From the human T2T-CHM13v2.0 reference genome, Homo sapiens: DNA of 64,000 bases. The translations under genes and the position numbers were made by a program. Positions 14,945 through 32,740 of this stretch are shown piece by piece. The first letter of the stretch is position 1, and each line of letters opens with the position of its first letter. The stretch is taken from NCBI RefSeq assembly GCF_009914755.1, contig NC_060933.1; one strand, 5' to 3'. The notes beneath the pieces are model-generated. The model ran no database searches. It saw only the letters and a program-made list of their open reading frames with translations, and had not been told where the DNA came from.

Positions 14945-15930
14945 CTAATGAGACAGTTGCAATTTTCATTAAGTTTTCACTACCCATAAAGTTCTTTTAC
15001 TTTTCAAAATACACTAGCTATAAAGAAAGTCATTGCAAGATATCCAGCCTGTGGCAGACCTTAACTTTCTTCATCATTGGCCTTTAATTTTACTAAACAC
15101 CAGTAAATTCCAGGAATTCTCAATTGGAAGCATTTTCCCTTTTTTTGATAATGATTAAGTCTCATATTAGGTTTAAGCTAAGTTTACCTTTTTAAGAAAA
15201 ACAATACACTTTATTCTACAGAATAGTTTTAGTTTCACAGCAAAACAGAGTGGAAAGTACAGAGAATTCTCATATACCCTATGCCTCCACACACGCACTG
15301 CCTCCCCCCGTGATCAATCAGCACCCCTCACCAGAGTGGTACACTTGTCACAACCAACTTACATGGATACATCATTATCATCCAAAGTCTATAGTTTGCA
15401 ACAGATTTTAATCTTGGCGTTGTACCTAATATAGGTTTTGACAAAGGTGTAGTGACATGTATCCACCATTATAGTATTATACAGAATAGTTCCAGTGCCC
15501 CAGAAGCCTCTGTGCTTTGTCTATTCATCTCTCCCTCCTCCCTAACAAGTGGCAAATGCTGATCTTTTTACTGTCTCCAAAGTTTTGCCTTTTCCAGAAT
15601 GCCATACACTTAGAATCAAAAGTAGTTAGCCTTTTCAGATTGGGTTTCTTTTACTTAGTAATGTCCACTTAGGGTTTCTTGATGTCTTTTCATGGCTTGA
15701 TAGGTCTCATCTTTTTAGGTTGAATAATATTCCATTGTCTGGATGTACCACAGATTATTTATCCATTCAGCTACTGAAGGTTGTCTTGATTGCTTCCACA
15801 TTTTGGCAATTATGAATAAAACTGCTGTAAACATCTGTGTGCAGGTTTTTGTGTGGACCCAAGTATTCACCTCCTTTGGGGAAATATCAAGGAATGCAAT
15901 TGCTAAATCATCTGGTAAGAATATGTTCAG

Positions 15931-16232
15931 TTTTTTTTTGTTTTTTTTTTTTGAGACGGAGTCTCACTCTGTCGCCCAGGCTGGAGTGCAGTGGCGCGAT
16001 CTCGGCTCACTGCAAGCTCCGCCTTCCCGGGTTCACGCCATTCTGCCTCAGCCTCCCCAGCAGCTGGGACTACAGGCACCCACCACCACACCCAGCTATT
16101 TTTTTTGTATTTTTAGTAGAGATGGTGTTTCACCGTGTTAGCCAGGATGGTCTCGATCTCCTGACCTCGTGATCTGCCCGCCTCCGCCTCCCAAAGTGCT
16201 GGGATTACAGGCGTGAGCCACCGCGCCTGGCC
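15931..16232 (-). mobile_element. AluY
   Basis: AluY diagnostics, CpG-rich. Confidence 0.95.
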
Positions 16233-16653
16233 TAGTTTTTTTAAAACTGCCAAACTCTCTTCTAAAGTGGCTGTACTATTTTGCATTGCCCAGAAATGAA
16301 TGAAAATTCCTGTTGCTTCACATCCTTGCCAGTTTTTAGTGTTGTCAGTGTTTTGGATTTAAGCCATTCTAATAGGTGTGTAGTGGTGTCTCACTGTTGT
16401 TTTGATTTGCAATTTCCAGTGACATATGATGTTGTACATCTTTTCATATACTCATTTGCCATCTGTATATCTTCTTGGATGAGGCATCTTTTCAGGTCTT
16501 CTGCCCTTTTAAAAATCGGGTTGTTAGTTTTCTTATTGTTGAGCTTTAAGTGTCCTTTATATAACTCAGATAACAGTCCTCTATCAGACATGACTTTTGA
16601 ATATACTTTGTCCCAGTTTGTGACTTGTCTTCTCATTCTCATAGTATCTATGG

Positions 16654-16969
<316 letters not shown>

Positions 16970-17804
16970 TAGCTTACAAAATATTTATTTCATTGGTGTT
17001 GCCTAAATGTACCACAGTTTTTTTATTCAGCCAGTTAATGAAGGACATCTTGGTTTCTTCCATATTTTGGCAAATGTGAGTAAAGCTGCTATAAATGTCT
17101 GTGTGAATGTATTTGTGTGCACATAAGTTTTCAACTCCTTTGGGTAAATAGCAAGGAGTGCAATTCCTGGATCATCTGCAAAGTCATCACCGTATCCAGG
17201 GTCATCCAGGTTTTCTCTGATGTTATCCTCTAGGATTTTACAGTTTTGCATGTTACATTTAGGTCTATGATCTACTCTGAGTTAGTTTTTGCAAAGCTTA
17301 TAAGGTCTTTGTCTAGACTCATTTTTTCATATGGATGTCCCGTTGTTTCAGTACCGTTTGTTGAGAAGGCTGTTTTTTCTCCATTGCCTTATGTTTTCTC
17401 CTTTGCTGAGTTTAGTTTTTATGGCCATGAACAAAATCCTCTTGTTCTTTCACAAAACTATTAAAGACCTTTTTTCATCCTTTTCATCAAGGCCCAAGTA
17501 ATTACAATTTCTCTTCAAAACCTCTCATAATTCCTGGAGGTTCTTCAGTTTTGAGCTTAGAAGAGACTTATTTAGCAAATGAAACTATAAGGATGCTAAT
17601 GTACTCTGTCCAGGTCAGAATTTCTTTTCTTGACTAGCTGACGTGTGTGCTTGACCCTTAACGTGGGTCTATAAATGCAGCACTGGGTTCATCAGTGGAT
17701 CTGTAAGCTTTGGTGTTTTATTTCCCAAGAGCTCTATAGATGCTCCCCATTCCCTGAATTTTGTGCTGTAATGAAGGTGGACATGGCATTGTCAGTGTGA
17801 CCCG

Positions 17805-17955
17805 GTCTCAGAGTTAGGTGGACTGCATGTGGGTTCGGGTTCTTCTACTCCCTGTAGGACCTTTCTACAAGTCACCTGTCTCCTCTAGGCCTCAGTTTCT
17901 TTACCTGTAATGTTGGACTAGATTCTGTCTATGGTCCTCTAGAGCTCCAAAGTGA
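17805..17955 (+). mobile_element. MIR3-like SINE
   Basis: ctctaggcctcagtttctttacctgtaa core and gttggactaga tail. Confidence 0.65.
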
Positions 17956-18291
17956 AGATAAAACTCCTGTTCCACTCAGGGAGTTTGTATCTTCAAAGTG
18001 AAAGCTTCCTGGGGGAAATGAAGCTTGCCTTCACCAACGTTAGAAATTAGTGGTTGAAAAATAGTATTTTTCAGTGTCTGTGAGTCTTGAAGTTATGTTT
18101 TCACAGAGTGACAAGAAAACAAATTAATGAAAGGCAGACATCTTCATGAATGAGAGTCAGAGAAAATATGAACATAACATATGACCCAGCATATAGTCTG
18201 TTCTCCCTGAATGAATAAAATGTAGGAGTTATTCCCTGGTTTACAAACCAAAATGTTAATCAGAAGTCCCATTTGAGAAGTGAAGTGGGAC

Positions 18292-18602
<311 letters not shown>

Positions 18603-19361
18603 GGGGCTTTAAAGTATGTAAGATATATAGAGAGACGATGAAGAGGGAGGTACGGAGCGAGAGAGAGAGTGTGTGGCTGGAACTTGAAGTTTTTTTTTTA
18701 TTTGAAGTTATATACTTTGGGAATAAACTTAGGTTTTCATGCTCTGCCGAGCTTAAGCAAGATGGCAAATGCATACATTGAGCTCTCTAATCATAACCTC
18801 AATATATGGATTCTTGTTCATTAAAATACTTGCACCAGCAAATATGATTTCCAAAATTTGTGTTTTGGAGGTAATTAAGTAACTATGTAAAAATAAATGC
18901 TTTCCCCTCCTTTCCCCAGTGACTAAAAAATTTCCATACTTTTAAAATAATAAAAATAATGTATATATATTTTTTAATTTTTAAAAGCAACTTAACTCTT
19001 TGTTTTTAGGAAACTATAGATTAAGGTATCCCTTTGATCCCGTGTGTACTAGGGATCCACAGGAATGTTCCTCAGCCCTGTGGCATGAGGTCTTTCTCAA
19101 AGTCCAGGCAGCTACACAGCATAGCCATGTCTCCTCTAATACTGCCCTATCCTTCCTCTGCAGAGAGGACACACCTTCATTTCTATGTCTGTCTCACACC
19201 TTCCACCTTCTGGCTCAGAGCAAGACTCTCACCTTTGAGCCAGCCTGAGTTGGCTTTTAATATGCAAGCCATATCGGGAATTTGGTGTACCCTTTTCTCC
19301 CTCAACAGAGCTCAACTTCCAGCTCTATTATATTGTTGTGAGCGCAAAAATCTTATTGTGG

Positions 19362-19701
<340 letters not shown>

Positions 19702-19705
19702 TTAA

Positions 19706-20009
<304 letters not shown>

Positions 20010-21657
20010 CAATGTTACTTTTAATTAGTGTAATTACCATGGAGACAATAGGCATCATCTGTCACTGTTTATCTTTCATTCTAATCAAAAGAGACATTTT
20101 AAACAAGCTTTTTAGGATCTCTGAAATATTGTCTACTCATAATCATGTATTATAAAGTTCAGCTGTTTTAAAAGTTAACTACACCAGGAGTGTACTCATT
20201 AGGTATGATAACAAGTTAACTGGTTAATCTCATACAGATTGAAAGTTCTTATAAGTTAGACATTTTTGAGTTGTGCACCTATATTTGGAAAGAACAACTT
20301 TTAGTCATATCCCTCATATATCTGTTTTGACATTTTATGTCAGCCTTATGTTTAAATGTGATACCTCATTATAATGTCCTAAAGGCAAGAAACAATATAC
20401 CCAAATAAAAATATGTCTATTCTTCTGTGTTATAATTTATAAGACTGGCTTCGGTAATTGAATAAACATGTTAAGGTATTTTATTTCAATTATTTATACT
20501 CCATTGAGTTGTTCAAATGAGTATGAATCCTTCTAGCAAAAACCCAACCCTCCTTTGGATCTATTCGCAAGGTGCACTTCAAAAGTTTATCATATAGTCG
20601 ATGTTTGTAATTCTGTCTGTATTATTTCTTCAAGAATACCTATGCACCTTGAGGGAAAGTTCTGCCTTATTCTTGCATAAGCTCAATAGGCACACATTTA
20701 TAATTCAATGCTTGTAATATTTTCTCCCATTTCTGAGATACTTAAAAAATTTAACCTCATTATCACCATCATTACCTCACTATCACCATGAAAATCTCAG
20801 TGACAAATAGAGCAACAGTGATCAGCTTGTGAGTAAAAGCCAAATACCAGGCACTAACAAGAGTTCTCTTTTCATAAGAAACCTTCAAGGTCACTGCATG
20901 AGGACGAGGCCAGGCCAGTATTCAACATCGGATTTATAGATCCTAAAGTTGGCCACTTTCCTCTTTGCCATGCTGAATCTTTAAAATAAATCCTAATTCA
21001 ATCTTTTAACCTAATGGCATGTCCAAGTCAAATTTTTTACTACACACTTTTCCCAGATTCACCTCTTTTATTATATATTGGAAAATATAATTTCACAAAG
21101 ATTATTTCGAATAAAGAGGTAATTTTTCCAATCGTGTAAATGAAATCCACAGGAAAGGAGAGCTCTTCTGTATAAATAGCACAAATTCAGAGGAATGCCT
21201 TTGCAAACTCTATGCTTCACCAACACAGATCTTCCCTAGGAAGAGAATTCAAGATTGACCCCAAAACTCATCTCCTGAACTCAGTTGATACATCTTTTCA
21301 GTAACTGCCAAAGCCTCATTTGCAATTTCAAATACCTTTGACAAAAAGCCAAAATGTTCTGAAATGTCAAATTCACTTGTACTTTACTTCTTCCACTCTA
21401 ATGTTTTCAATAAATATATTGTCAGCTACAGCAACAATTTCCAATTTCCCTTGTAAATAAGTGAAATAGCTTGGGAGAATCTTCTGAGATTGCATTGAGG
21501 TGTGCTCACAGGGCTATTTCATTTATAAGGTGTCAAGTCAGGTAGGTGGGCTGATCTGTTTCTTCAAGTAGCATCTGTGTAATAGGATGTTGTTCAGTTA
21601 AGAGCCTGAGTCCTGCATCTCAGTGTCTTACTATGGGATGCTGAACAAGCTAAACTT

Positions 21658-21887
21658 TTTTATTTTATTTTATTTTTAAGTTCTGGGATACATGTGCAGA
21701 ATGTGCAGGTTTGTTACATAGGTATACATGTGCCATGGTGGTTTGCTGAACTTATCAGCCCATCATCTAGGTTATAAGCCCTGCATGCATTAGGTGTTTG
21801 TCCTAATGCTCTCCCTCCTCTTGTCCCTCATCCCCCTACAGGCCCTGATGTGTGATGTTCCCCTCCCTGTGTCCATGTGTTCTCAGT
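21658..21887 (-). mobile_element. L1PA8-like, severely 5'-truncated, inserted in a MIR
   Basis: L1PA 3'UTR with ccatcatctaggttataagccctgcatgcattagg; perfect 16-bp TSD tgaacaagctaaactt. Confidence 0.93.
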
Positions 21888-22039
21888 TGAACAAGCTAAA
21901 CTTCCTAAACTTCAGCCCTACCATATGTACATTGGAAATTATAACAGTGCCTTGTATGGCATTTAGTCACAATGTCTGGTGTAGAATAGATGCTCTAAAA
22001 TTATTATTATTATATGTTGAAGGGCAGACATCTCATCTT

Positions 22040-22191
22040 ATTTTTTTTTTTCACTTAAAAGAATATATTTTTTCAGAGACAAGATCTCGCTATGTTGCTC
22101 AGGCAGGTCTCAAACTCCTGAGCTCAAGTGATTCTCTCATCTTGGTCTCCCGAAGTGCTGGGATTACAGGCATAAGCCACCATGCTTGGCC
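22040..22191 (-). mobile_element. FLAM-C / Alu left monomer
   Basis: Single monomer ctcctgagctcaagtgat; TSD catcttatttt. Confidence 0.85.
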
Positions 22192-22521
22192 CACATCTTA
22201 TTTTCATTGTGTTCAGAATACAATATAGGGTTGCATATAACAGCATTAAATGAACTGTTGTCATGCTTCCCTTGCTGATGTGTGTGCATATCTGTAATCC
22301 ACTTTATGGGGGGATAAAGTTTTGTTTGGGCTCATGTCGGAACTGACGGAGTTGTCTCTTCATTAGAAACTGGATGGTCTAGTTTAAAACTACACTGTAA
22401 AGATGTGATGTGGCCTTAGTTATGGCATTTAAATAGTGGGTTTAACTCATCAAATTTCCCTAATAATATAACACTAATATATTTAGCTAGTCCACAGAAA
22501 CACATATTTTTGTAGATTTTC

Positions 22522-22937
<416 letters not shown>

Positions 22938-23157
22938 TAAATGCAAAATACCTGCAAAATGCGATGACTTCCTGTAATGTGGCATCACAGGCAAGCTGTG
23001 GCTTTTCAGAAGATACATTCACCCTGTTACCTTACAGCTCTACCAAGTGGGACACCCCAGAGATCCTTATATATTATGTCTTTTTAATAGTTATTCCCAG
23101 ACATTGTTTCTCTGCATTTATTTTCAAAGTATTAATCCAATTTAACACTCATCTTCC

Positions 23158-23909
<752 letters not shown>

Positions 23910-24051
23910 CTTTCCTCTTATAGTAGACAAGTGAGTCTGTATGCACATGGGGTACTGGATGAAATACTTTATCAAAACTGGTCAGAAATTCAGACAAAAA
24001 TTTAATTCAATCAAACAACTGCATGTAATAAATAATATTTTCGTGTGGCTA

Positions 24052-24211
24052 CCAGTGACTCACAAGTCCAGCTGCTTCAAAAAACATCCTAATTCTCTAG
24101 CCCCATCACAGTTCAATTCAATATAATCTGTGGGGAGGGGCCTGGCCTCAGTATTTTTAAAGCTTTCCAGGTTACTTTAATGAGTAATCAAGTCAGGGCT
24201 GACAATCACTA
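24052..24211 (+). mobile_element. MER5B-like MITE
   Basis: ctgtggggaggggcctggcctcagtatttttaaagctttccagg. Confidence 0.6.
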
Positions 24212-26810
24212 AGCCAAAATAAGCCTACTACTATGCAAGGTCTTTTCAGAGACAGAGAAGGAAAAAAAAAACTACCTAAAGTAAATTCCATGATACAGTA
24301 TCTATAAACGAGGGAACCTACAATCTTTGGCAGGAAAAAATTCAATTAAACTCATTTTCTTGCTATGCTGACCATTTATTTTACCAAAATAAGTCATAAC
24401 ATAAGATCTATTGCTCAGTTCCTGTGTAGACAGAACCTAAAATCTGGGGAGAGGCAAGATCAACTAATTTGTTTTTTTTACTCACTTGACAAGTATTTTG
24501 ACTAAAGCACTTAAGGATTGTGGTGTTGATTTAAAAAAAAAATGTTTAACAATTTTGTAAAAGACATTTTTTTGCAGTTTTCCAACAAAATCTTGTAAGC
24601 GAAGCATGTTTTCTTTCTCCTTATCTCAACCCAAATGGTATGCTATTCCTCATATTTTCTTTTTTTAAAAATCTTGTATTTTAGATTAAGGGGTACATGT
24701 GAAGGTTTGTTATGTAGGAAAATAGATTGTTTCATCACCCGGATACTGAGCCTAGTACCCAATAGTTATTTTTCCTGATCCTGTCTCTCCTCCCACCCTT
24801 CATCCTCAAGTAGGCCTCAGTGTGTGTTGTTCCCCTCTTTGTGTCCATGTGTTCTCATCATTTAGCTCCCAATTATGTGGTATTTGGTTTTGAACATGTG
24901 GTATTTGGTTTTCTGTTCCTGCATTAGTTTAAGCATCATGGCCTCCAGCTCCTTCCATGTTCCTGCAAAAGACATGATCTCATTCTTTTTTATGACTACA
25001 TAGTATTCCATGGTGTATATGTACCACATTTTCTCTATCCAGTCTAACATTGATGGTCACTTAGATTGACTCCAAATCTTTGCGATTGTGAATTGTGTTG
25101 CTCTGAATATATGCATGCATGTGTCTTTATGATAGAATGACATATATTCCTTTGGGTATGTACCCAATAATGAGATTGTTGGGTGAAATGGTAGTTCTAT
25201 TTTTAGTTCTGTGGGGAATCATCACACTGCTTCCCACAATGGTTGAACTAATTTGAACTCCCACCAACAGTGCATAAGCGTTTTTTTTTCCCCTGCAACC
25301 TCACTAACATCTGTAATTTTTTGACATTTAATTATAGCCATTCTGACTGGTGTGAGATGGTATCTCATTGTGGTTTTTATTTGCATTTCTCTAATGATCA
25401 GTGATAATGGGATTTTTTTTCATATGTTTGTTGGCCACATGTATGTCTTCTTTAGAAAAGCATCTGCTTATGTCCTTTGCCTACTTTTTAATGGGATTGT
25501 TTGTTTTGCTCTTATAAATTTACTTAAGTTTCTTATTGATGCTGGATATTTGACCTTTGTCAGATACATAATTTGCAAATATTTTCTCCCATTCTGTGGG
25601 TTGTCTGTTTACCCTGTTGATAGTTTCTTTTGTTGTGCAGAAGCTCTTTAGTTTAACTAGATACCATTTGTCAAATCTGCTTTCATTGCAATTGCTTCTG
25701 GCATCTTTGTCATGAAATCTTTGCCCATTCCTATGTCCAGGATGATATTCCCTAGGTTGTCTTCCAGGATTTTTATAGTTTTAGGTTTTACATTTAAGTC
25801 TTTAATCTAGTTCATTGAGAGTTTTTAAAATAAAGGGATGTTAAATTTTATCAAAAGTCTTTCTTTGTCTATTGAGATAATCGTGGTTTTTGTCTTTAGT
25901 TTTGTCTATGTGAAGAATCACATTAATTGATTTGCAAATGTTGAACCAACTTTGCATTCCAGGAATAAAGCCTATTTGATAGTGGTGGATTAAATTTTTG
26001 ATGTGCTGCTGGATTCAGTTTGCTAGAATTTTGTTGAGAAGTTTTGCTTCCATGTTCATCAAGGATATTGGCCTGAAGTTTTCTTTTATTTTTGTGTCTC
26101 TGAGAGGTTTTGATATCAGGATGATAATGGCCTCATAGAATGAGCTGAGGAGGAGTCTCTCCTCTTCCATTTGTTGAAATAGTTTCACTAGGAATGGTAC
26201 CAGCTCTTCTTTGTACAGCTGGCAGAATTCAGTTGTGAATCCATCTGGTCCTGGGCTTTTTTATTTTTATTTTTTTTTATTGGTAGGCTATTTATTACCA
26301 ATTCAAGTTTGGAGTTTGTTATTGGTTTGTGGAGGGATTCAATGTCTTCCTGGTTCAGTCTTGGGAGGGTGTATGTATCCAGAAATTTATCCATTTCTTC
26401 TAGGTTTTGTAGTTTGTGTGTGTAGAGGGGTTCATAATATTCTCTGATGATTATTTTTATTTCTGTGGGGTAAGTGCTAATATCCTCTTTGTCATTTCTG
26501 ATTGTGTTAATTGGATCTTCTCTCTTTCTTCTTTATTATTCTGGCTAGTGGTCTATCTATCTTATTAACTTTTTCAAAAAATTAGCTCTGGCTTTGTTGA
26601 TCTTTTGAATAGTTTTTCGTGTCTCAATTCCTTCAGTTCAGCTCTGATTTTGGTTATTTCTTGTCTTCTCCTAGCTTTGGGGTTAGTTTGCTCTTGCTTC
26701 TCTAGTTCTTTTAGTCATGATGTTAGGTCGTTAATTTAAGATCTTTCTAACTTTTTGATGTGGATTTTTAGTGCTATAAATTTCCCTCTTAACACTGCCT
26801 TAGCTGTGTC

Positions 26811-27493
26811 CTAGAGATTCTGGTATGTTGTAACTTTGTTTTCAGTAGTTTCAAAAAACTTGATTTCTGCCTTAATTTCATTATTTACCTGAAACTCATT
26901 CTGGAGCAGGTTGTTTAAGTTCCATGTAATTGTATGGTGTTGAGCAATTTTCTTAGACTTGAATTCTGTTTTTACTGCACTGTGGTATGAGAGTGTGGTT
27001 GGTATAATTTCAGTTCTTTTTGCATTTGCTGAGTATTGTTTTATGTCCAATGTGTGGTTGATTTCAGAGTATGTGCCATGTGGCAATGAGAAGAATGTAT
27101 ATTTTATTGTTTTGGGGTGGAGTGTTCTGTAGATGTCTATCAGGTCCATTGGTCCAGTGTTGAGTTCAGGTCCTGAATATCTTTGTTAATTTTCTGCCTC
27201 AATGATCTGTCTAATATAGTCAGTAGGGTGTTGAAGTCTCCCACTAATATTGTATGACAGTCTAAGTCTCTTTGAAGGTCTCCAAGAACTTGCTTTATGG
27301 ATCTGGCTGCTCCTGTGTTGGGAGCATATATATTTAGGATAGTAATGTCTTGTTGAATTGAGCCTTTTACCATTACGTAATGCCCTTCTTTGTCTTTCTT
27401 AATCTTTGTTGGTTTAAAGTTGCTTTTTTTTCTGTTTTCCATTTGCTTGGTAGATTTTCCTCCATCTCTTTGTTTTGAATTTATGGATGTCAT
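26811..27493 (-). pseudogene. Decayed L1 ORF2 endonuclease domain
   Basis: ORF track peptides [29 protein letters not shown]; frameshifted. Confidence 0.9.
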
Positions 27494-30400
27494 TGCATGT
27501 GAGATAAGGTTTTTAAAGACAGCATACCATTGGGTATTGCTTTTTCAGTCAGCTTGCCACTCTGTGCCTTTAAATTGGGGAATTAAGTCCATTTCCATTC
27601 AAGATTAATACTGATACGTGTGAATGTAATCTTGTCATCATAATGTTAGCTGGTTATTTTAAAGACTTGCTTATGTGGTTGCCTTATAGTGTCACTGGGC
27701 TGTGTATTTCAGTGTATTTTTTTTTTTAGTGGCTGGTAACAGGCTTTTCTTTCCATATTTAGTACTTCCTTTAGGAGCCTTATAAGGCATGTCTGGTGGT
27801 AAAAAAAAAATCTTCTCAGCACTTCTTTGTCTGAAAAGGATCTTATTTCTCCTTCACTTATGAAGCTCAGGTTGGTTAGATTTGAAATCTTGGTGGGAAT
27901 TCCATTTATCTAAGAATGTTGAATATTGGCTCCCAACCTCTTCTGGCTTGTGAGGTTTCTGCTAATAGGTCTGCTGTTAGTCTAATGGACTTCCCTTTGT
28001 ACCTTTGTAGGTTATCTCTCATTACTTTTTCTCTGCCTTTAAGATTTTTTTGCTTCATTTCAAGCTTGGAGAATCTGATAATCATGTCTCTTGGGGATGA
28101 TTTTCTTGTGAAGGATTTTGCAGGGTTCTCTGCATTTTCAGAATCTGAATGTTGGTCTCTTTAACTAGGTTGGGAAAGGTCTCATGGATGAAATCCTAAA
28201 ATATGTTTTCAAGTAGTTTCCATTCTCCTCATCTCTTTCAGAGACACCAATGAGTCATAGATTCGGTCTCTTTACATAATTCTATGTTTCTCAGAGATTT
28301 CTTACTTTCACTCTTTCTACTTTCTTCTTGTCTGGCTGTCTTATTTCAGAAAGCCAGTCTTCGAGCTCTGAGATTCTTTCCTCAGCTTGGTCTATCCTGC
28401 TGTTAATACTTGCCATTGCATTATGACATTCTTGTAGCGTGTTTTTCAGCTCTATCGGTTGGGTTACATTCTTTTCTCTATGGCTATTTTATCTGTCAGC
28501 TCCTGTATCATTTTATTGTGCCTCTTAGCTTCCATAGATAGGGTTTCAACATTCTGTTGAATCTTAATGATCTTCATTCATATCCATATTCTGAATTACA
28601 TTTCTGTCACTTCAACCATCTCATCTTTGCTGGAGAGGTGATGTGGTCATTTGGAGGGAAGAAGGCCCTCTGACTTTTGAGCTGTCAGGATTCTTGTGCT
28701 GATTCTTTCTCATCTCTGTGGGCTGATGTTTCTTTAATCTTTTAAGTTAATGTCCTGTGGCTGAGCTTTATTTTATTTTATTCTATTAGATGGCCTTGAG
28801 GGTTTGGTTTTGGTACAAGGTGGGTTCAACTGACTGGTTTCATTTCTGGAATATTTTAGGAGGCTCAGATTCAGCTCAGGACTCTCGAACTGCATGCTCT
28901 AACCCTGGGGGACTGGTTTCTGGCCCAGGCTTTGTCTCTGGCCCCTAAAGGTTAGGAACCTGCTGTGCTGGAAGGACCAAGATGATCCAAGACCACTGGT
29001 CACAACACTCTGATGGGTGGTGCCAGTCAAAGTGCTTCATAGGGCAGTGCCAGTGAGATCCATCCTGGTTCACACCTTCAGCAGCAGCAGCAGCAGTGGC
29101 AGCGAGGTGTGGTGCACATTCACTGGCTGCGGCAGGGAGCTAGTGGCTGCCAGCATGCTGGCCTCATTGTGGGCATTCATAGCAGCAACTGTGGCATCAC
29201 GGTGCAGGGGTTGGGGGTGGGGGATGCTTGCCCCCTCCCCCACCCCTGTGTCTTTGTGTGCATTTGTGCCGGTGGCGGTGTTAGCATGGGAGTGAAGCAC
29301 TGGTGAGCACAGGACTGTGTGAGTTCTCCTTGCACATTCACGTGGGTGGTCGTAGCCGCTCAGAACAGGGGTGGGTCCTCTGTTCTCGGTGCCTATTGTC
29401 ACACTGGTGGTAGTGTCGGTGCAGGGGCAGGGCGTTGGCAGGGGCAGGGCTGGCGGGCTTCATGCCCACTCATCAATGCTCCAACAGTAATGGCAGTATG
29501 GTGGGGGGTCGAGAGGATGAAGTGCACTCAGGATGGCAGCAGTAGCATGGCACACACACTGTGGCAGGAAAGGGGAGGCAAGGTCCACACACACACACAT
29601 GCACTGGCAAAACGATGTGGGGGATGGCCGTGGGCTAGTGCATGCAGGCAAAGTGGCACGGGGAGACTGCAGTGGGGGCAGGGCACAGTTAGGCTGATGT
29701 GTGTACATGGGGGCCACTCTGCAGCAGATCTCTGCTGGTCAGGCACAGTCAGCCAGCACAGGAACTATGATGCAGGTCCTCAGGAGGTAGCCTCCACTGC
29801 ACCCCGCTGTGAAGCTGCACTGCAAGCAGGTGTGGCCAGGCTGGGGCCCCAGGAGGGGCGAGCAGACTGAAGGATGCTCAGGTCAGACTGGCCCTGTCTC
29901 AGGGGCAAGACTGCCCTGCAGAGTTCAGGTCTGACAGTTGCCCTAGGGCTGAAGTCTCCTATGAGAACAAGTCTAGCCTAGGGCAATGGGTGTCCCTGAC
30001 CATTCTCCACTACAGATGCTCCCACACAAAACCTTCTGGGCTTTGCACAGTCTGGAGTTCTACCATTAACACTTTATAAGCAGGTCTTCCTGACAACTCA
30101 AGTGTCCCTGGTGGTTGTAGGGTCTCCTCCTGTCAGGAATTCAGGGACCTGTGACAAGAGGAGGTTGCCCCTTGCCTGTTCAACTCACCTCTCCTCCAGG
30201 AGATTTTGGGGACCTGGAATGAGTCCTGGTGCACGATTGCCCCTTGCAGGGTTCCCGGCTTCCTCCCCCTTCAGCCCAACATCTGTGTCTTCCCTCTGTC
30301 TGCTCTCAAAGCCTTCCCTCTGAAGATCTGCCAGGAGCACACCAGTCTTCTCAATGTCCTGGTCCCTTGGTGGGAGCTGTTCCTCCTGGCTGTGTCTAGT

Positions 30401-30410
30401 CAGCCATCTT
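30401..30410 (-). promoter_or_regulatory. YY1 motif at L1 5' start
   Basis: cagccatctt (AAGATGGC) at the position where L1 promoters carry a YY1 site; activity unknown. Confidence 0.55.
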
Positions 30411-30599
30411 CCCTCATATTTTCTTCACACAAGTTAACAATGGTTATTTTCACATTGCAATTTCATCTATTAATTGACATTTAAGAGAAAACAAATCAGT
30501 GTGATAATTTGCTAATATTTCTCCCAATGAGCACATATGTTTTGTTGTTTCCTTCAACAAAGACAGTGATAGCTCCACATCATTGTTCTGATTTTATCA

Positions 30600-32580
<1,981 letters not shown>

Positions 32581-32589
32581 TTCCTGCAA

Positions 32590-32740
32590 GAATTGCCCAC
32601 TCCCACCCTCTCATTTCACAGATGAAGTCCCGTGACCCAGAAGTGCAAAGCCATCTGTTGCCGCTCCCATCCTATTGGAGACATAGCCCTGACTCTTCCT
32701 CTGAGTTGGGGTCCAGGGCTCTTTCTCTTCCTCTAAATAG
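32590..32740 (-). mobile_element. MIR fragment
   Basis: ctcatttcacagatgaag core. Confidence 0.5.

Larger units (their letters stand above)
24662..30411 (-). mobile_element. L1PA15/16-like LINE-1 spanning 5'UTR to 3' end, with internal deletions
   Basis: 3'UTR at 24.7 kb, ORF2 remnants, ORF1, GC-rich 5'UTR ending cagccatctt; perfect 14-bp TSD cctcatattttctt (24648-24661, 30412-30425). Confidence 0.95.

Noticed and set aside
17639-17710. TATAAAT with upstream tgacgt as a core promoter
   Set aside because: The Inr-like tcagt is too close to the TATA, there is no CpG enrichment, and the motif is expected by chance
24862-27493. L1 ORF2-like ORFs as functional CDS
   Set aside because: Fragmented by stops and frameshifts, and the RT core is deleted
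29017-29870. Longest ORFs in the window (up to 183 aa)
   Set aside because: They lie in the GC-rich L1 5'UTR where stops are rare; overlapping on both strands with no recognisable domain
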